DNA of 60,516 bases, counting the filler, from Squatina squatina (Eukaryota): the NCBI GenBank assembly GCA_031763465.1. It is 4 parts of 3 records of this genome, joined end to end, with 100 filler letters (N's around TTAATTAATTAA, not from the genome) between each part and the next. Parts side by side here need not be neighbours in the genome. Positions count along the whole stretch, not along the records: positions 1 to 15,069 come from JARFOE010000058.1; 3 more parts are not named here. The stretch is one strand, 5' to 3'. The notes below the pieces were generated by a model that saw only the letters and a program-made list of their open reading frames with translations, did not search any database and was not told where the DNA came from. Shown here piece by piece: positions 1 through 13,984 of this stretch (position 1 is the stretch's first letter; the number at the start of each line of letters is the position of its first letter). The position numbers and the translations under genes were made by a program.

Positions 1-959
1 TGTGGAAGGTGCTCTGGGAAGTGATGATGAAGGCCTTGAGGATCCTTGTGGAGGGAAAGGTGTAAATCTGGTCTCCTCACTCGCCACTTAACCGCAAACA
101 CTTACCTTTTGAAGGTCCCAGCCTTGCTCGACGCCTTCAGTGGGACAGTTTACCCAATGTTCAGGACGTTTCTGTCCCATTAAAGTCCCCAGTTGCCTCT
201 TCTGGTGCTACACTGGCGGGCTCCCTCTTGATGCCAGGAGTCCCGCCAGGAGTGTGCCATACATGTCGAACGACCCATTGCTGCATTCGGGCATGTACTG
301 CTTCATTATCTGAGGCATTGATTTTGGAAAAGAAAATCGAGTGCGGTGTAAATCGGGTTGCCAATTCACTATGAGCACATTTCATGCTACTGGCGAAAAC
401 CAATTACAACCCTTAGATGTTTAAAAAATGTCTCATTTTGAAATTGCCACAATTTCTTCATTGTGGTGCCATGATATGAATTAGAAATGTCTAAAAAATG
501 TTAGCAACACACAAAATATTTGCAAATTAAGCTTGACAATATAGGTATCTGAAATAACATTCTATCCAGTAGTTATTCAGTCATAAGTTTTAATCATTCA
601 CAAAGTGATCAATAAAGGCATTTTAAGATACAATTTAAAATTCCTTTATGTAAATGTTTGGACACTATAATGAACATATTATCAGATATGAATTATTTAA
701 CTGTTCCATCTGTGCAGTCAGAGAAAGGAAGCAATACTGGACCTTGTTTTTGTCACTTCGTAACAGAATATGAGCAGACTCATGGGAGGAAAACTCATGG
801 ACCGATTTGGTTTCCTGTCGACTTGACCACGTAAAGTTTCATTTAACCTTTAGCATGCTAAAGACATTGTACGGAGCTGTAATGAGTATCAAGGGAAGGC
901 TTCAAATTTTAAGTGACATTTTATGACCTGACTATTTTATGCAGGACTAATAAACAAGA

Positions 960-1033
960 GGCTTGGACTATTGATCCAGAGATGTGAGTTCAAATCCCAC
1001 CATGGCAGCTGTGGAATTTAAATTCAGTTAATT
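960..1033 (+). mobile_element. tRNA-derived SINE 5' head, truncated by a gap
   Basis: Pol III B-box-like GAGTTCAAATCCC followed by ACCATGGCAGCTGTGGAATTTAAATTCAG, typical of shark Deu-type SINE heads. Confidence 0.6.
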
Positions 1034-1721
1034 NNNNNNNNNNNNNNNNNNNNNNNNNNNNNNNNNNNNNNNNNNNNNNNNNNNNNNNNNNNNNNNNNNN
1101 NNNNNNNNNNNNNNNNNNNNNNNNNNNNNNNNNNNNNNNNNNNNNNNNNNNNNNNNNNNNNNNNNNNNNNNNNNNNNNNNNNNNNNNNNNNNNNNNNNNN
1201 NNNNNNNNNNNNNNNNNNNNNNNNNNNNNNNNNNNNNNNNNNNNNNNNNNNNNNNNNNNNNNNNNNNNNNNNNATTCTGATGTAATGCCTGGTTTCATTT
1301 AACGTCTGCTATTTGTAGAAAGAACTAGAGGTCATCCCACCAATGAAGTTTTGTGTATGACCATATTGAGGTACATTTAAGACATGTGGGAAAAATATAT
1401 CATTGGTCAATTTGCCACCAAGTCTGAATGCTTGGGTAGTCAAAGTTGATGTAATGATTATTACATTTATCAACCTTCGATGCGAGTATATGTGAAAGAT
1501 TAAATAGAAAAAGTTGAACTTGAATGTCCATGACAAAAGTCTAGCATTAAAATATTAAATAAAATTTATGCAAGTGTTTTGTTGGTTCACTATTTTGTGT
1601 GTGACAAAAGAAAATCAAGCTGCAGAGCTGTGTGTAGTATGATCTGAATACAGTCAATATACCAATGAGAAACTGTCTGGACAGATTTGAATTGAAGTTC
1701 AAAGGATGATAACATGCATAC

Positions 1722-1791
1722 AAAAGCAAAATACTGCAGATGCTGGAAATCTGAAGTAAAAACAGAAAATACTCAGCAGATCAGGCAGTGT
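1722..1791 (+). repeat. Short interspersed repeat (AAAAGCAAAATACTGCAGATGCTGGAAATCTGAA family), truncated
   Basis: Same motif recurs at 43557-43685, where it forms an imperfect palindrome. Confidence 0.6.
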
Positions 1792-1891
1792 NNNNNNNNN
1801 NNNNNNNNNNNNNNNNNNNNNNNNNNNNNNNNNNNNNNNNNNNNNNNNNNNNNNNNNNNNNNNNNNNNNNNNNNNNNNNNNNNNNNNNNNN

Positions 1892-2050
1892 TTTAACGTC
1901 TCATCTGAAAGTCGGCACCTCCGACAGTGCAGCACTCTCTCAGTGCTGCACTGGAATGTCAGCCTAGATTATGTGCTCCAGTCTCTGGAGTGGGACTTGA
2001 ACCCATAACCTTCTGACTCAGAGGTGCTACCAACTGAGCCACTGGCTGAC
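1892..2050 (-). mobile_element. LF-SINE-like tRNA-derived SINE, 5' half
   Basis: Reverse strand reads GTCAGCCAGTGGCTCAGTTGGTAGCAC...GGGTTCAAGTCCCACTCCAGAGAC (A and B boxes); similar to the copy at 39667-40058. Confidence 0.75.
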
Positions 2051-3390
2051 TACAGTAAGGCCTACTATTGCAACAGCTGCAACTTCCTCCTCCCACCCGA
2101 ACTGAAATCACCGCTGGTGACTCCTTCCCTGCCCACTGCACAGTCACTAGCAGACTTCTCTTCCATCCTCTCATGTTACTGCCACATCCTGGGGCTGCCA
2201 TGGGGAGGGTGGTGATAGGCCCTGATAATAACCCTGAGGTCTCACCACGGAGGGAGAAGGATGTGTAGTGGCCTTCCCTCTCTCTCTGTCCATTCCAGCC
2301 CTCACTTTGCTTGCTTTGAAGACCTCAGTCTCTGTCCAGGCTTACTGTGCTGCCGATCCCCAGGGCGTTTCTGCCGCTTTAACTGTCCAGCCAAATTATC
2401 TGGTGCTGCAGTGGTGGTCCCACTGCAGTACCACCAGAATTTTGTGGCTGGGCAATGGTGGGCTTCTTCTTGGCAGCGGGGATCCTGCTGGGAACCTGCC
2501 ATGCATATCTGATGACTCACAACCTAGGAAAATGGGATTGAGCTTCCAGCGGTCTCAAAAGAGTGGGCAGAAGACTTGCCTCACTGGAACAGCACCACTG
2601 GAAGGATAATTTCAACCAATGAATCTTTAAAAATTAGAGCAGTGCCCTTCATATTAACAACATACAAAATTAAGCAGTAAGTTAAAATAGTCAGCAGGCA
2701 TGTAACAAAAAATACAAGAAAAGTGCTATTCCATAAAGAAAAAGACAAAATAAATATATTCAAATAGTTTGATCAAATGGCCAGTGCACATTGATGCCAT
2801 AACAGTAGGATGCAAGTTGTCATCTGCAATTCTTCAAACTGTATTCTTATAATCTCAATGAAGCTCAGTTCAATCTTGTCCATCAACTTGTGGTTTGTTA
2901 CTTAATCCACCATCAGAAGCCTATGAGTGGGTTATTTGGCTGGCCCCGGGATGGATTTTGCGATGCATCATGAAAAGAACGATATAATGTCGGCGGGGGA
3001 GGATTGAGAATTAAGAAGATGACTTTTAAAATGAGGATGCAAGAACTTAATTAAAAATATGCAATTAAAAATTCATCCACAACCATTTCAAATGAGTTAA
3101 TGTAAATTTTGGCCTGGATTAAACTGATTAAAGTTATTTTTCAAAACATTTTTTTGTTGTAAGCGCTTCATTAAAGGGACTTTTAATTAAATTTGAAAAT
3201 GGGAACATTTATTTTTATTCCAGTTTTGTAAATTATTTAATTATTTGGGGATGGGCTCATGCTTATGGGGATCCTGTTCATAAACAGAATNNNNNNNNNN
3301 NNNNNNNNNNNNNNNNNNNNNNNNNNNNNNNNNNNNNNNNNNNNNNNNNNNNNNNNNNNNNNNNNNNNNNNNNNNNNNNNNNNNNNNNNN

Positions 3391-4515
3391 TGCCCAGAAC
3401 GGCCAGCACAGTCTCCTCCAGGGAGGTGATGTTCAGCTAGGAAGGTGAGGTGTGCCTCGTGTTTGGAACAGGTTGTTGGTAGGTGAGTGATGGGGTGGCA
3501 GTTGTCCATTGAGCAGTGTGTGAGGTTAGAGGTACGGTTGATCGGAGATGGCTTTTGAAGATGCATTCACTAACCTTAATCACTCATGAAACTTGTTGGG
3601 CACTGGAGCCAGTTGGTGGGTACTTCACTGCTGGCAGTGATGGCCTCGGCAATCTGGTCTAACTTCATTCTTTCTGGAGGGCCTCCAGGCCCCCTGTGGG
3701 TAGATGACCTCTCTAGCCCCCTGCACAAAGCTAGAGTGCTGCATGCAAGACCCTGGGTACCCTTTCTTTGGCCTGTTGAGCCATTTGTGTTAGTGCTGAA
3801 GCATTTTTACCATTTTTTATATGCAAAAGGCAGTTCAGCTTTAAGAGCGGAAGACTGCCTAGCTTGGAATGATTTTAACTGTTTTATTTTCCAGACAGCA
3901 GTTGAGCTTTCAGGGGTAGAGACTGCCTATTTTTGAATGATTTTAATTTTTTTTTGCAGAAAGCAATTCCCCTTTAAGGGCTCAAGATGCTTTCTAAAAT
4001 GACAGCTTTTCTTTAAGAAAGTACAACCTTGCTCCAGGGACGCTACAGGGATGCTACATTGGGCCTCCTGCTGAGCTCACAGCCCGAAGCAGCACGTTCA
4101 TCGCTGGGCTGTGCACAAAATAAAGTGCTGCCTGTGATTTTTTTACGGGTGCAAGCAAATCTCACCGTGCGGTGCCATCGCCCATTTTTGGGCCTTATCG
4201 CATCTCTAGGCCTTACTTTTTTGGGGCCTCTTCTGTCCCTGATCCACTACTCCGCTGTCTTCACCTGGCAGAAAACTCACTGTGGCTTCCCGCTTAGGTT
4301 GCTGGGTTAAAATTGCAGTGCGTCTCAAATGTGTCATTGGGACCCCACATGTAAGAAAAGATCCCGCCGGCTTTGGGCAGGTGTCCTTGCTGCTTGCTCA
4401 GTTGGGCAGGTTAAAAATCAGGAACCGTCAGTCTCCAGGGTGGGTAAGTAACCTGGCTGATTTAAATCCGCCACCCATCCAGTTCTGCTGGGCTGGTAAG
4501 GTTAAAATTGCCCCA
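3391..4515 (-). mobile_element. Decayed PIF/Harbinger element: Myb/SANT-like (trihelix) gene remnant plus terminus
   Basis: Minus-strand remnant DQIAEAITASSEVPTNWLQCPTSF resembles the W..IA..V.......QC.K.F.DL trihelix motif; ends in GGTTAAAATTGCCCC, a G-rich TIR-like end. Confidence 0.5.
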
Positions 4516-7500
4516 TAGAACCTCATTTCATATCAATATTTAGTGCTACAAAATACAACTTAACTTCTTCAATGCTTAAGCTAACACTTGGTGTCATTGC
4601 AATTGCGGTTTTTGATCTTGCGACGTCCCAGTTGCAGCTATATGGAATAGATACTCCTATAGCAAAAGATTTCACAACACGGTATGCAATGAATGAGTTG
4701 GAACAGGACCGTGACTGATGTTATTAATCAGTGCAAACTGTCTGCGCATAAAATCAGTTAGAGATAAAACATGTGGTTATTTTACTTTTCTTTGAACTCT
4801 CAAATTAATAAGGACAACCTCATAATCCTTGACAGCAAGACAGGAGAAAAGGATCATTAAAAAACAAATATCTTGTATAAGTGATATATAAACTGCTGCA
4901 GCCCATAAAACTAACTGCTATCTATAAAAACCAACTCAAATTAATTGCAGCTGTGTTACTCATACCAATCAATAAAGGCCATCACTTTGTGCACCTTGAA
5001 AATTGAATACTAAAATCCAGACAGGCAAGAAGCTTAACCCTTTCACCCACATAAACCTACACTGTGTGTAAGTTTATTTCCTCCTCAGAGGAATTCTCCA
5101 AGACACCATTAACCTGTACTGAGGTTGGGGATGCAATGTTCCATTTTGTGCTATTACATCCTATATAAGTTTGTGCCATTTTGACATACATATGAAGNNN
5201 NNNNNNNNNNNNNNNNNNNNNNNNNNNNNNNNNNNNNNNNNNNNNNNNNNNNNNNNNNNNNNNNNNNNNNNNNNNNNNNNNNNNNNNNNNNNNNNNNTCT
5301 ATTGTGGACTTTATTAATGCAGCAATGCACCAGGCACCAGGCTGCCATGCAAGCTTTTTAATTAAAATTGCTTTTTCTAAAGACTTCTTTTCATGCGCTA
5401 GACCAAGTTTCAATTAGTTCCATTTCCTGCAGACTTTTAAGACTCGGATTCTGCTCAGGTGCATCCTTAACTCCTTGCTGAAACCACTCACAAAATGACT
5501 CCCCAGTGCAAAGAGTGAACAAACACCTTCCAGAGATCACATTACACTGTTTAATAACTATACCACACAACAACCTCAAACACTGGACACAGGAAACTAG
5601 AGCCTCAACCAGACTAATAATTAGCTGACAGGAAGCCTGGTGTTTCTCTAATACAGGTAGGCTGAGTGCACTGAAAGGTTACGAATTTTAAAGATATTTT
5701 ATTATGTTGGAAAATGACAAAAGTAAATTAATAAAACAATTCAAACTTATTCAGTAAATCACACTCCTATTCGGCTCCAAATAGAGGATTAAAATTCCCA
5801 TTTGGGAACTCGGAATGCTGTGCAAGTCTTTCGCATTATTTCCTGGTGGTGAAAATGTTTCTTGCTTTTTGCCCCTGTTTGCTTAGACAAACTCGTTGCC
5901 AAGTCCCTCTGAATTAACTTTTGTACTGATTGCAAACTTATCAGCCCAGGAGGATTCATAGGAACTCACAAGGCATAACACTGAAGAGCTTGATNNNNNN
6001 NNNNNNNNNNNNNNNNNNNNNNNNNNNNNNNNNNNNNNNNNNNNNNNNNNNNNNNNNNNNNNNNNNNNNNNNNNNNNNNNNNNNNNNNNNNNNNNNNNNN
6101 NNNNNNNNNNNNNNNNNNNNNNNNNNNNNNNNNNNNNNNNNNNNNNNNNNNNNNNNNNNNNNNNNNNNNNNNNNNNNNNNNNNNNNNNNNNNNNNNNNNN
6201 NNNNNNNNNNNNNNNNNNNNNNNNNNNNNNNNNNNNNNNNNNNNNNNNNNNNNNNNNNNNNNNNNNNNNNNNNNNNNNNNNNNNNNNNNNNNNNNNNNNN
6301 NNNNNNNNNNNNNNNNNNNNNNNNNNNNNNNNNNNNNNNNNNNNNNNNNNNNNNNNNNNNNNNNNNNNNNNNNNNNNNNNNNNNNNNNNNNNNNNNNNNN
6401 NNNNNNNNNNNNNNNNNNNNNNNNNNNNNNTCCCAGACTCATGTAACATTCCCACCCTCTGAAACCCAGCTTTTCCCTTATTAAAACTTGCGCATTTTTT
6501 TTTACATTCTCATGCATTTGCTGTTTTCACAGATGAATTCTATTAATTTAGTCACATCGGGAAAATGTTTCTCCAGATCTGACAACTCAGGTTGGGCACA
6601 TGTTGATGTGCTCTGTTCAGACATGAATTAATTTTTTAAAATGTAGATGAAGCTCAAAGCACAGTGTAGCTTCAATTTCTTTGTTGAGTTTTTAATAATG
6701 CTGCACTATATTTAAAAGGATCCACCTTAGATCCTTGAAAAATCAATGCAATTCCCCACCTTTTCAGGATACTATCACAGAACTGTTATCAAAGATGTCA
6801 AAGCTTAATATTTTGGCAAATGAGCAAGTAGCTTCTAATTTAGCAATTCTAATTAAATGCTGCCCCTCAATAGAAGTTCCTGCCTTCAGGGGATACTTCT
6901 CTTTGTTATTTGCCCTTTTTGTTTGTTTTGATTGTTCTTTTAGTGTGATTTCCAATTTGGAGAAAGTGCTTTGCCATCCTGCATACTCAAAATAATAATT
7001 TACAGCTGGAAACTATTGCCTGCTCTGTTACCCGAACCATTGATTTAACTTCATTTCTTTTTGGTTCCTTGGTACTCCTGTTCATTAACACTGAGCTACT
7101 TCAGCCAAAACATCAACGCAGGACTGTTTGAATTATAGGGATTTGGTATAGTNNNNNNNNNNNNNNNNNNNNNNNNNNNNNNNNNNNNNNNNNNNNNNNN
7201 NNNNNNNNNNNNNNNNNNNNNNNNNNNNNNNNNNNNNNNNNNNNNNNNNNNNTTGAAACTGAATTGTATGTTCATTTCAGACAACTGCACACTGGCCGAA
7301 AATCAACTTGAGGCCACAGATGCATCTGTATTAAGACCGCACACCATCTGTTATGAGACATCATACCAATAACTATGTAAATAGTAACCCCAGAATAGGA
7401 ATATTGTAACTGAGCTGAATTTGTCAACCTTGTACATGTTTTGTGAGGAAAACTGAGTTTATATTCTGCAAAATTCCACAGAACATCAGTACTCTTAATT

Positions 7501-10500
7501 AATGTCAGCGTTCTGGAATCTTGAGTATTCATAAACACTAGTTTTAATATCAACAGAACAGCACTGGCAAAGGTCAGTGAGCAGGTCATCTACCAGTCTT
7601 TCTTCGATAGTCTTTCTCTAATAATATATCTTAAAAGGAATCTAAAGCGAGATTGGAAATCATTAACAAAATGGGGAAAAAAATCCTGATATGAAGACAA
7701 AATCATGAATGGGCAAGAAGCTGGAGTTTGTAATCATAATGGTAATCTTCCTGTCATAACAAGGCAAAGCGTTTCACACTTCTAGTTTCAAAAACAANNN
7801 NNNNNNNNNNNNNNNNNNNNNNNNNNNNNNNNNNNNNNNNNNNNNNNNNNNNNNNNNNNNNNNNNNNNNNNNNNNNNNNNNNNNNNNNNNNNNNNNNCAA
7901 AGGCTTTCACACTGCTAATGAGGTATAAACTACCTACCAGTGCTTAATTAATCAGAGTGTCTCCTTACTTTTTCCTTTCTCGAAACAAGGTATCAATTGT
8001 TAAGAAGCTGCGGGTTTTGATGGGACACATCTGTCAGTCTGTCAACATCTAAATGAGAGATTGGCAAGCAACGGCTAAGCAATGATGATCTGCCAAGTGT
8101 TACTGATTAATAGGAAAGACTGTGTGCAATATTTGATCACTGTTGCCTATCTTGATTTTAAAACTGCAACAATCTGTTATTTCGAGAAACAATTTGTGGG
8201 ATTGGCACTTACAGCACAAGTACTATTTTGCACCTGGTGCTAGCATTAAAACCCTAACTGTGTCCACATTGGAATTTCTTTCTACCCTTCCAGCATTGGC
8301 AGGAAGAAGCTCCTGCCAGGTCTCCAGAGAGGAGGCATACCAGTTTCAAATTGCTGCCAGTCCAAAATACACAAGCGTCTGAAAAATCATGCACTCAACT
8401 CAGTTCCCAAGGAAAGGTTTTTGTTTAAATTAGCATTTTAAAAATTGCAAGGGAAATAGATCAAGACTGCGTTTTCCAAACGTTGATCATTTCTTGAAGA
8501 ATTCGTAGGACTGCTGAAAAGAATTAGTGGGAAACCCCAAGAAAACTATTTTATTTTCTTTCTGGCTAACTCTGTGCCCACCAGGATAGGGAATGTTGGT
8601 GCTGAGACTGGAAAGTTTTTTTTAAACTTTTACAAGTGTCAGCATCAAGCATTCCTTGGTCAAATAGGCCACAGTCCAGATGTGATACAAAGCTCCCAAC
8701 AATGGAAGAACACTTATCTTGCTGGTATTTATTGTGGACACAGTGAAAACATTTCCTCTGATCCCTATTTCTAGTAAAATCATGAACATGCTCTTTTAAA
8801 ATGGTTTCCCCATGGAATACTGGCATTTCTGTACACAATTGTGATGAGAGGAATTTATATATTTTATATATATATATATAATTTATCCTTTTTTAAAAAA
8901 ACTTTTTAAACAAGAAACTTGTTGAATTTAACCAGTCTCCAATGACCTCCATGACACATTACTTGATAGTTTGTTTGCATTTGCAGTACCATTTCTCAAC
9001 AGAGAGTAAATATGCAAAAAAAAGTACAGAATTAATTTTCAGGGTTCGATTATAAACGTTCGTATGGAATGAGTGCGAAACACACCCTCTGTCCTAGATT
9101 TCAGACCAGGTCCTCAGGAACAGCTGAACCTTGTTGATGGTGGAGAGGCTTTGAGGGTTCAGGAAGTGAGCCACTCATCACAGAGTACCCCGCATCTGTC
9201 CTAGTTTTGTGGCCACTGTATTGATATGACTGATCCAGTGAAGCTCNNNNNNNNNNNNNNNNNNNNNNNNNNNNNNNNNNNNNNNNNNNNNNNNNNNNNN
9301 NNNNNNNNNNNNNNNNNNNNNNNNNNNNNNNNNNNNNNNNNNNNNNGCACAGTGATGGTGTCATCCACAGAGGCGCAGCGGCCCGGGGCGCTACCAGCGG
9401 GGGCGCAGCGCTTCCTGTTTTGTGCCTCCGCTAACTCCCATGCAATTTCACGGGACCCGATCGTGCCCCCCCCCACCCGGGCAAAAACACTTTTGCGTCC
9501 CGTTAGCGCTAATGGGAGGCGCACAGCAGGAGAGTTTTGCCCCCTTAGAGCTTGTTTAATTAAGTTGGGCTTTTATAAAGAATCATGTTACAGTCCTGTA
9601 TATTTAATAAACAACGCAGAAAATTGGGAAAAAAAAACTGCTGTTCATAAACACCAGATGGCTGGCAGTAAATAGCCTAAAAATCATCAGGTGCAAAATC
9701 TGTACTGCAGATGGTAGAAAAATGGAAACTACATAATGTGGCTCCTGTTTATCTACAAAACAAATTGATTGCTTAATGAATAATGAGTCCTTGGTTAACG
9801 AATGTAGAGCAAAACTATCCTGATTTGTTTTCCTGCATTGAGCCAAAATACAGTGACTTGGCATTGTTACAGTTAAACTATGCACTGAAACCACACTGGG
9901 AACATAAACAAATGTTGCTAGAGCAACAGATTCTCTGATTCACGTCATTTCCACCTACAAGTGCAAAAATACCCAAAGTGAAGCCATTAGAAATTCAGCT
10001 ACAAAACAAAGGTAAGAATGTGCATTTTTGTTATTGATTGCCTTGCAGAAGCAGCTAGAAAAGGATTTTAACACTCTGAAGCTTTGGAAATAATGACATA
10101 CAGAAAAAATATATTTCGATTGAACTTACTCTTTAATTATCTCCAATCTTTATTCATGTGTTTGGAAGAAGGGAGAAACAAAACGTTTATGACAAAGATT
10201 CAGCGCTTAAATATTAATGGAACTCTATATAAAAAATTAGGTTCTGTAGGTTCATTATTTTACATGTGTTTATGACAAAAGATAGCAGTTAAATTCTCAA
10301 CAATTATGAATAAGCAGTGCATGGTGGAAGTAGGATACTGAGGTGTATCGGGAAAACAAGCCAATAACCCAGGACATAAAGACCAAGTTTGGACATAACC
10401 TTTAGTTTAAGGGAACAAAGTGGGCAAGACCCAATGTTCAATNNNNNNNNNNNNNNNNNNNNNNNNNNNNNNNNNNNNNNNNNNNNNNNNNNNNNNNNNN

Positions 10501-10542
10501 NNNNNNNNNNNNNNNNNNNNNNNNNNNNNNNNNNNNNNNNNN

Positions 10543-10750
10543 ACAGACAGGTCTCCCTCGAGTCTGGACATACACAGACAGGTCTCCCTCTAGTCTGGAC
10601 ATACACAGTCATGTCTCCCTCGAGTCTGGGTATACACAGACAGGTCTCCCGCGAGTCTGGGTATACACAGTCAGGTCTCCCTCGAGTCTGGGTATACACA
10701 GTCAGGTCTGCCTCGAGTCTGGACATACGCAGTCAGGTCTCCCTCGAGAC
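10543..10750. repeat. Minisatellite, unit about 28-32 bp (ACAGTCAGGTCTCCCTCGAGTCTGGGTATAC)
   Basis: About 7 tandem copies visible directly. Confidence 0.9.
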
Positions 10751-10859
10751 TGCAAAAAACCGGGACATTTCAGCGATTTTCAGTTAAGTGTCGGGACACC
10801 GGGATGTTTGGGGAAAAAACGGGACTGTCCCAGCAAAACCAGAATGTCTGGTGACCCTA
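10751..10859. mobile_element. Terminus of a hAT (Blackjack-like) non-autonomous DNA transposon
   Basis: Repeated CGGGAC subterminal motifs ending in CTGGTGACCCTA (reverse complement TAGGGTCACCAG), resembling Blackjack-type TIRs. Confidence 0.5.
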
Positions 10860-11035
10860 TCAACATGGAGACCAGAACTGAACACTCCAAATGTGACTTA
10901 ACCAAGTTTGATACAAGTTTGACATAACTTGTCAGCTTCTCAATTCTATCCCTCTGGAAAGGAACCCCCGGTGCTTGGTTACTTTTTTTGAAATGGCCTT
11001 ATTAACCTGCGTCGCTGCTTTTAGTGATTTCTGTA
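10860..11035 (-). mobile_element. CR1-type LINE fragment
   Basis: CCAGAACTGAACACTCCAAATGTGACTTAACCAAGTTTGATACAAGTTT is the reverse of the CR1 LY..LVRPHLEYCVQFW region. Confidence 0.6.
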
Positions 11036-13795
11036 TGTGTTATTTTGCACCCTATTAGGGCCAGTTCAGAGCTTTCAAGAACCAGTGTGACTGCCTAATC
11101 CAGTTTTTGTAATGCTCTGTTTGTTTTTAAAGTTAGAGTTTTGTTAACCCACGCCACCGACCATCAGCACCGAGCACTCCCGTGTTCGGGTGTATCATCA
11201 AAAGCCGCAAGGCATTGCTCCCTCTAAGACCGGACCCACTGCGGCCATGAGAGCGAGGTGAGCACTGAGCAGCCTGTTCTGCCCACACCGCAGTGAGTCA
11301 TTCCCTCCTGTGAGCAAACCGTTTGGAAAGCGCTTTTGTTTCTGTTTCTTTTTGTATACGATGCGCGCTGCCAATCACAACCATAGGAAAACTGGGCATC
11401 GCTGTAAAATTCAGCTCCAAGTGTCTTGAATGGTGTTCCTGCTCCCGCTGTCAAGATTGCTCTGGCTCTGTCGCAAATCGCACCTCTGCCAATCTCCACA
11501 GGAGCCGAGCTTGCTCACTCCTATTTCTGAAATGGTCAATAATTGGAACGCTTGTTTCTTTTTCTTGAAGTTTCAAGGAAGGCTGTTGTCACAAAATTGG
11601 AGCGTTTTGTTTTGCGATTGTGCGCGCAGAATTGAGGTCGCAGGAGGCCAATTTGGAATGGGTAGTGGAGAGGGGGGGAGGTGCCCTGTCAGAATTTCTT
11701 ACTGCAATTGTTGGCATTTGTGGCCCTGAAGAGTTTTGAGAATAGGACAAAGATTGCATTTTAAAAAATATTCAACAGAGAATAAATCAATAACATTGTT
11801 TTTGCATTTATTAGAAACAATGTGCTATGATTTGTTGGCAGAAACTTAAAGAGAGAACTGCTTCTGATAATACATTGTAAATAACCATTTTTCCTGCAGT
11901 AAGAACCCATGCACTTGCCAATATTCTGTTTTAAAGCTTAAATGTTAATATCCAAGCCTTCACTGGCTCATTTGATAATATTGTATTTACAATTGGAGGT
12001 ATATAATGATAAGTCAATCATGGTGTATCCTGTTCATGCAGAGATTTGCAAAAACATACAGTTCTATAACAAGCCAAGTTACTGACATCATTTTGTGCAT
12101 GCTACACAATTCTAGAGGGCACCTCCATACCTCTTGATAAATGTCCCAATTTATCAGGACACCCACATTTGCAGGTCAATTTCAATCTTGTTGCAGTGTT
12201 TTAATTTTTGGCATCAATTCTACAGATCCCTTGCCACCCTGCAATTACATTTACACCTTGAATAGTATTTCCTTCTACTTGCAGATATANNNNNNNNNNN
12301 NNNNNNNNNNNNNNNNNNNNNNNNNNNNNNNNNNNNNNNNNNNNNNNNNNNNNNNNNNNNNNNNNNNNNNNNNNNNNNNNNNNNNNNNNNNNNNNNNNNN
12401 NNNNNNNNNNNNNNNNNNNNNNNNNNNNNNNNNNNNNNNNNNNNNNNNNNNNNNNNNNNNNNNNNNNNNNNNNNNNNNNNNNNNNNNNNNNNNNNNNNNN
12501 NNNNNNNNNNNNNNNNNNNNNNNNNNNNNNNNNNNNNNNNNNNNNNNNNNNNNNNNNNNNNNNNNNNNNNNNNNNNNNNNNNNNNNNNNNNNNNNNNNNN
12601 NNNNNNNNNNNNNNNNNNNNNNNNNNNNNNNNNNNNNNNNNNNNNNNNNNNNNNNNNNNNNNNNNNNNNNNNNNNNNNNNNNNNNNNNNNNNNNNNNNNN
12701 NNNNNNNNNNNNNNNNNNNNNNNNNNNNNNNNNNNNNNNNNNNNNNNNNNNNNNNNNNNNNNNNNNNNNNNNNNNNNNNNNNNNNNNNNNNNNNNNNNNN
12801 NNNNNNNNNNNNNNNNNNNNNNNNNNNNNNNNNNNNNNNNNNNNNNNNNNNNNNNNNNNNNNNNNNNNNNNNNNNNNNNNNNNNNNNNNNNNNNNNNNNN
12901 NNNNNNNNNNNNNNNNNNNNNNNNNNNNNNNNNNNNNNNNNNNNNNNNNNNNNNNNNNNNNNNNNNNNNNNNNNNNNNNNNNNNNNNNNNNNNNNNNNNN
13001 NNNNNNNNNNNNNNNNNNNNNNNNNNNNNNNNNNNNNNTTTGTGGATGTCATAATCCACAAACCTAGTTTATATTTTAGCTGATGTCTTATGAGTAGCTG
13101 GGATATTTTTGACAATTCTGCATGCATCAGCTGATCCACATAGAGAAACTGTCTGTCCCTCAGTGTTCTGTCAGTAGTCTTTTGTTTTTTTTTCAAACTA
13201 CTACCTTCCTTTTCATAGTGGCCTCCATCTGCTTTTCTTGTCTCCTTTTTATTCCACTCTCAATCTCTAATGCTATCCCTGTGTCTATCTAAGTTTACAT
13301 TTTCTGCCTCCTTTATCTTGTATGGCTACTCCAAATTCCAGATTTTCTCTGTTTCTTTCTCCTATATATTGCCCCCTATCAATCTAAATGCCATTCCTCT
13401 GACTTTTTTCATTACTGGTGTCAACCTTCAGCAACAGAACTCTTTCCCTCCATTGAATCATTTTTCCTCCAAACTGCTATCTTCTAGATGGCAATAACAA
13501 AACAATATATCATCTTACAAATGTTACATCACAGAACCTTGATGGATACTACTTCATCAGCATCTCAGGCTCCACAGTGCTAAATTCCTTCTTCTCCCCA
13601 TNNNNNNNNNNNNNNNNNNNNNNNNNNNNNNNNNNNNNNNNNNNNNNNNNNNNNNNNNNNNNNNNNNNNNNNNNNNNNNNNNNNNNNNNNNNNNNNNNNN
13701 NAAAGTTGAACAAATTTGTTATCAAAAGGGGAAAAGTTAAATCATCTGCTACACTTCAAATTCTTATTGGGTTGGGGAAAGATACGGTTAAGTAG

Positions 13796-13984
<189 letters not shown>

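Noticed and set aside
1959-2050. tRNA-like A/B boxes (also 960-1000, 25343-25393, 49263-49340)
   Set aside because: These are SINE heads continuing into SINE body sequence, not tRNA genes.
5057-5160. Possible minus-strand terminal exon (CNSTKWNIASPTSVQVNGVLENSSEEEINLHTV*)
   Set aside because: Weak acceptor without a pyrimidine tract and no recognised homology.
990-13196. Long ORFs made mostly of X (for example 5883-6517 and 12141-13196)
   Set aside because: Artefacts of translating N gaps.
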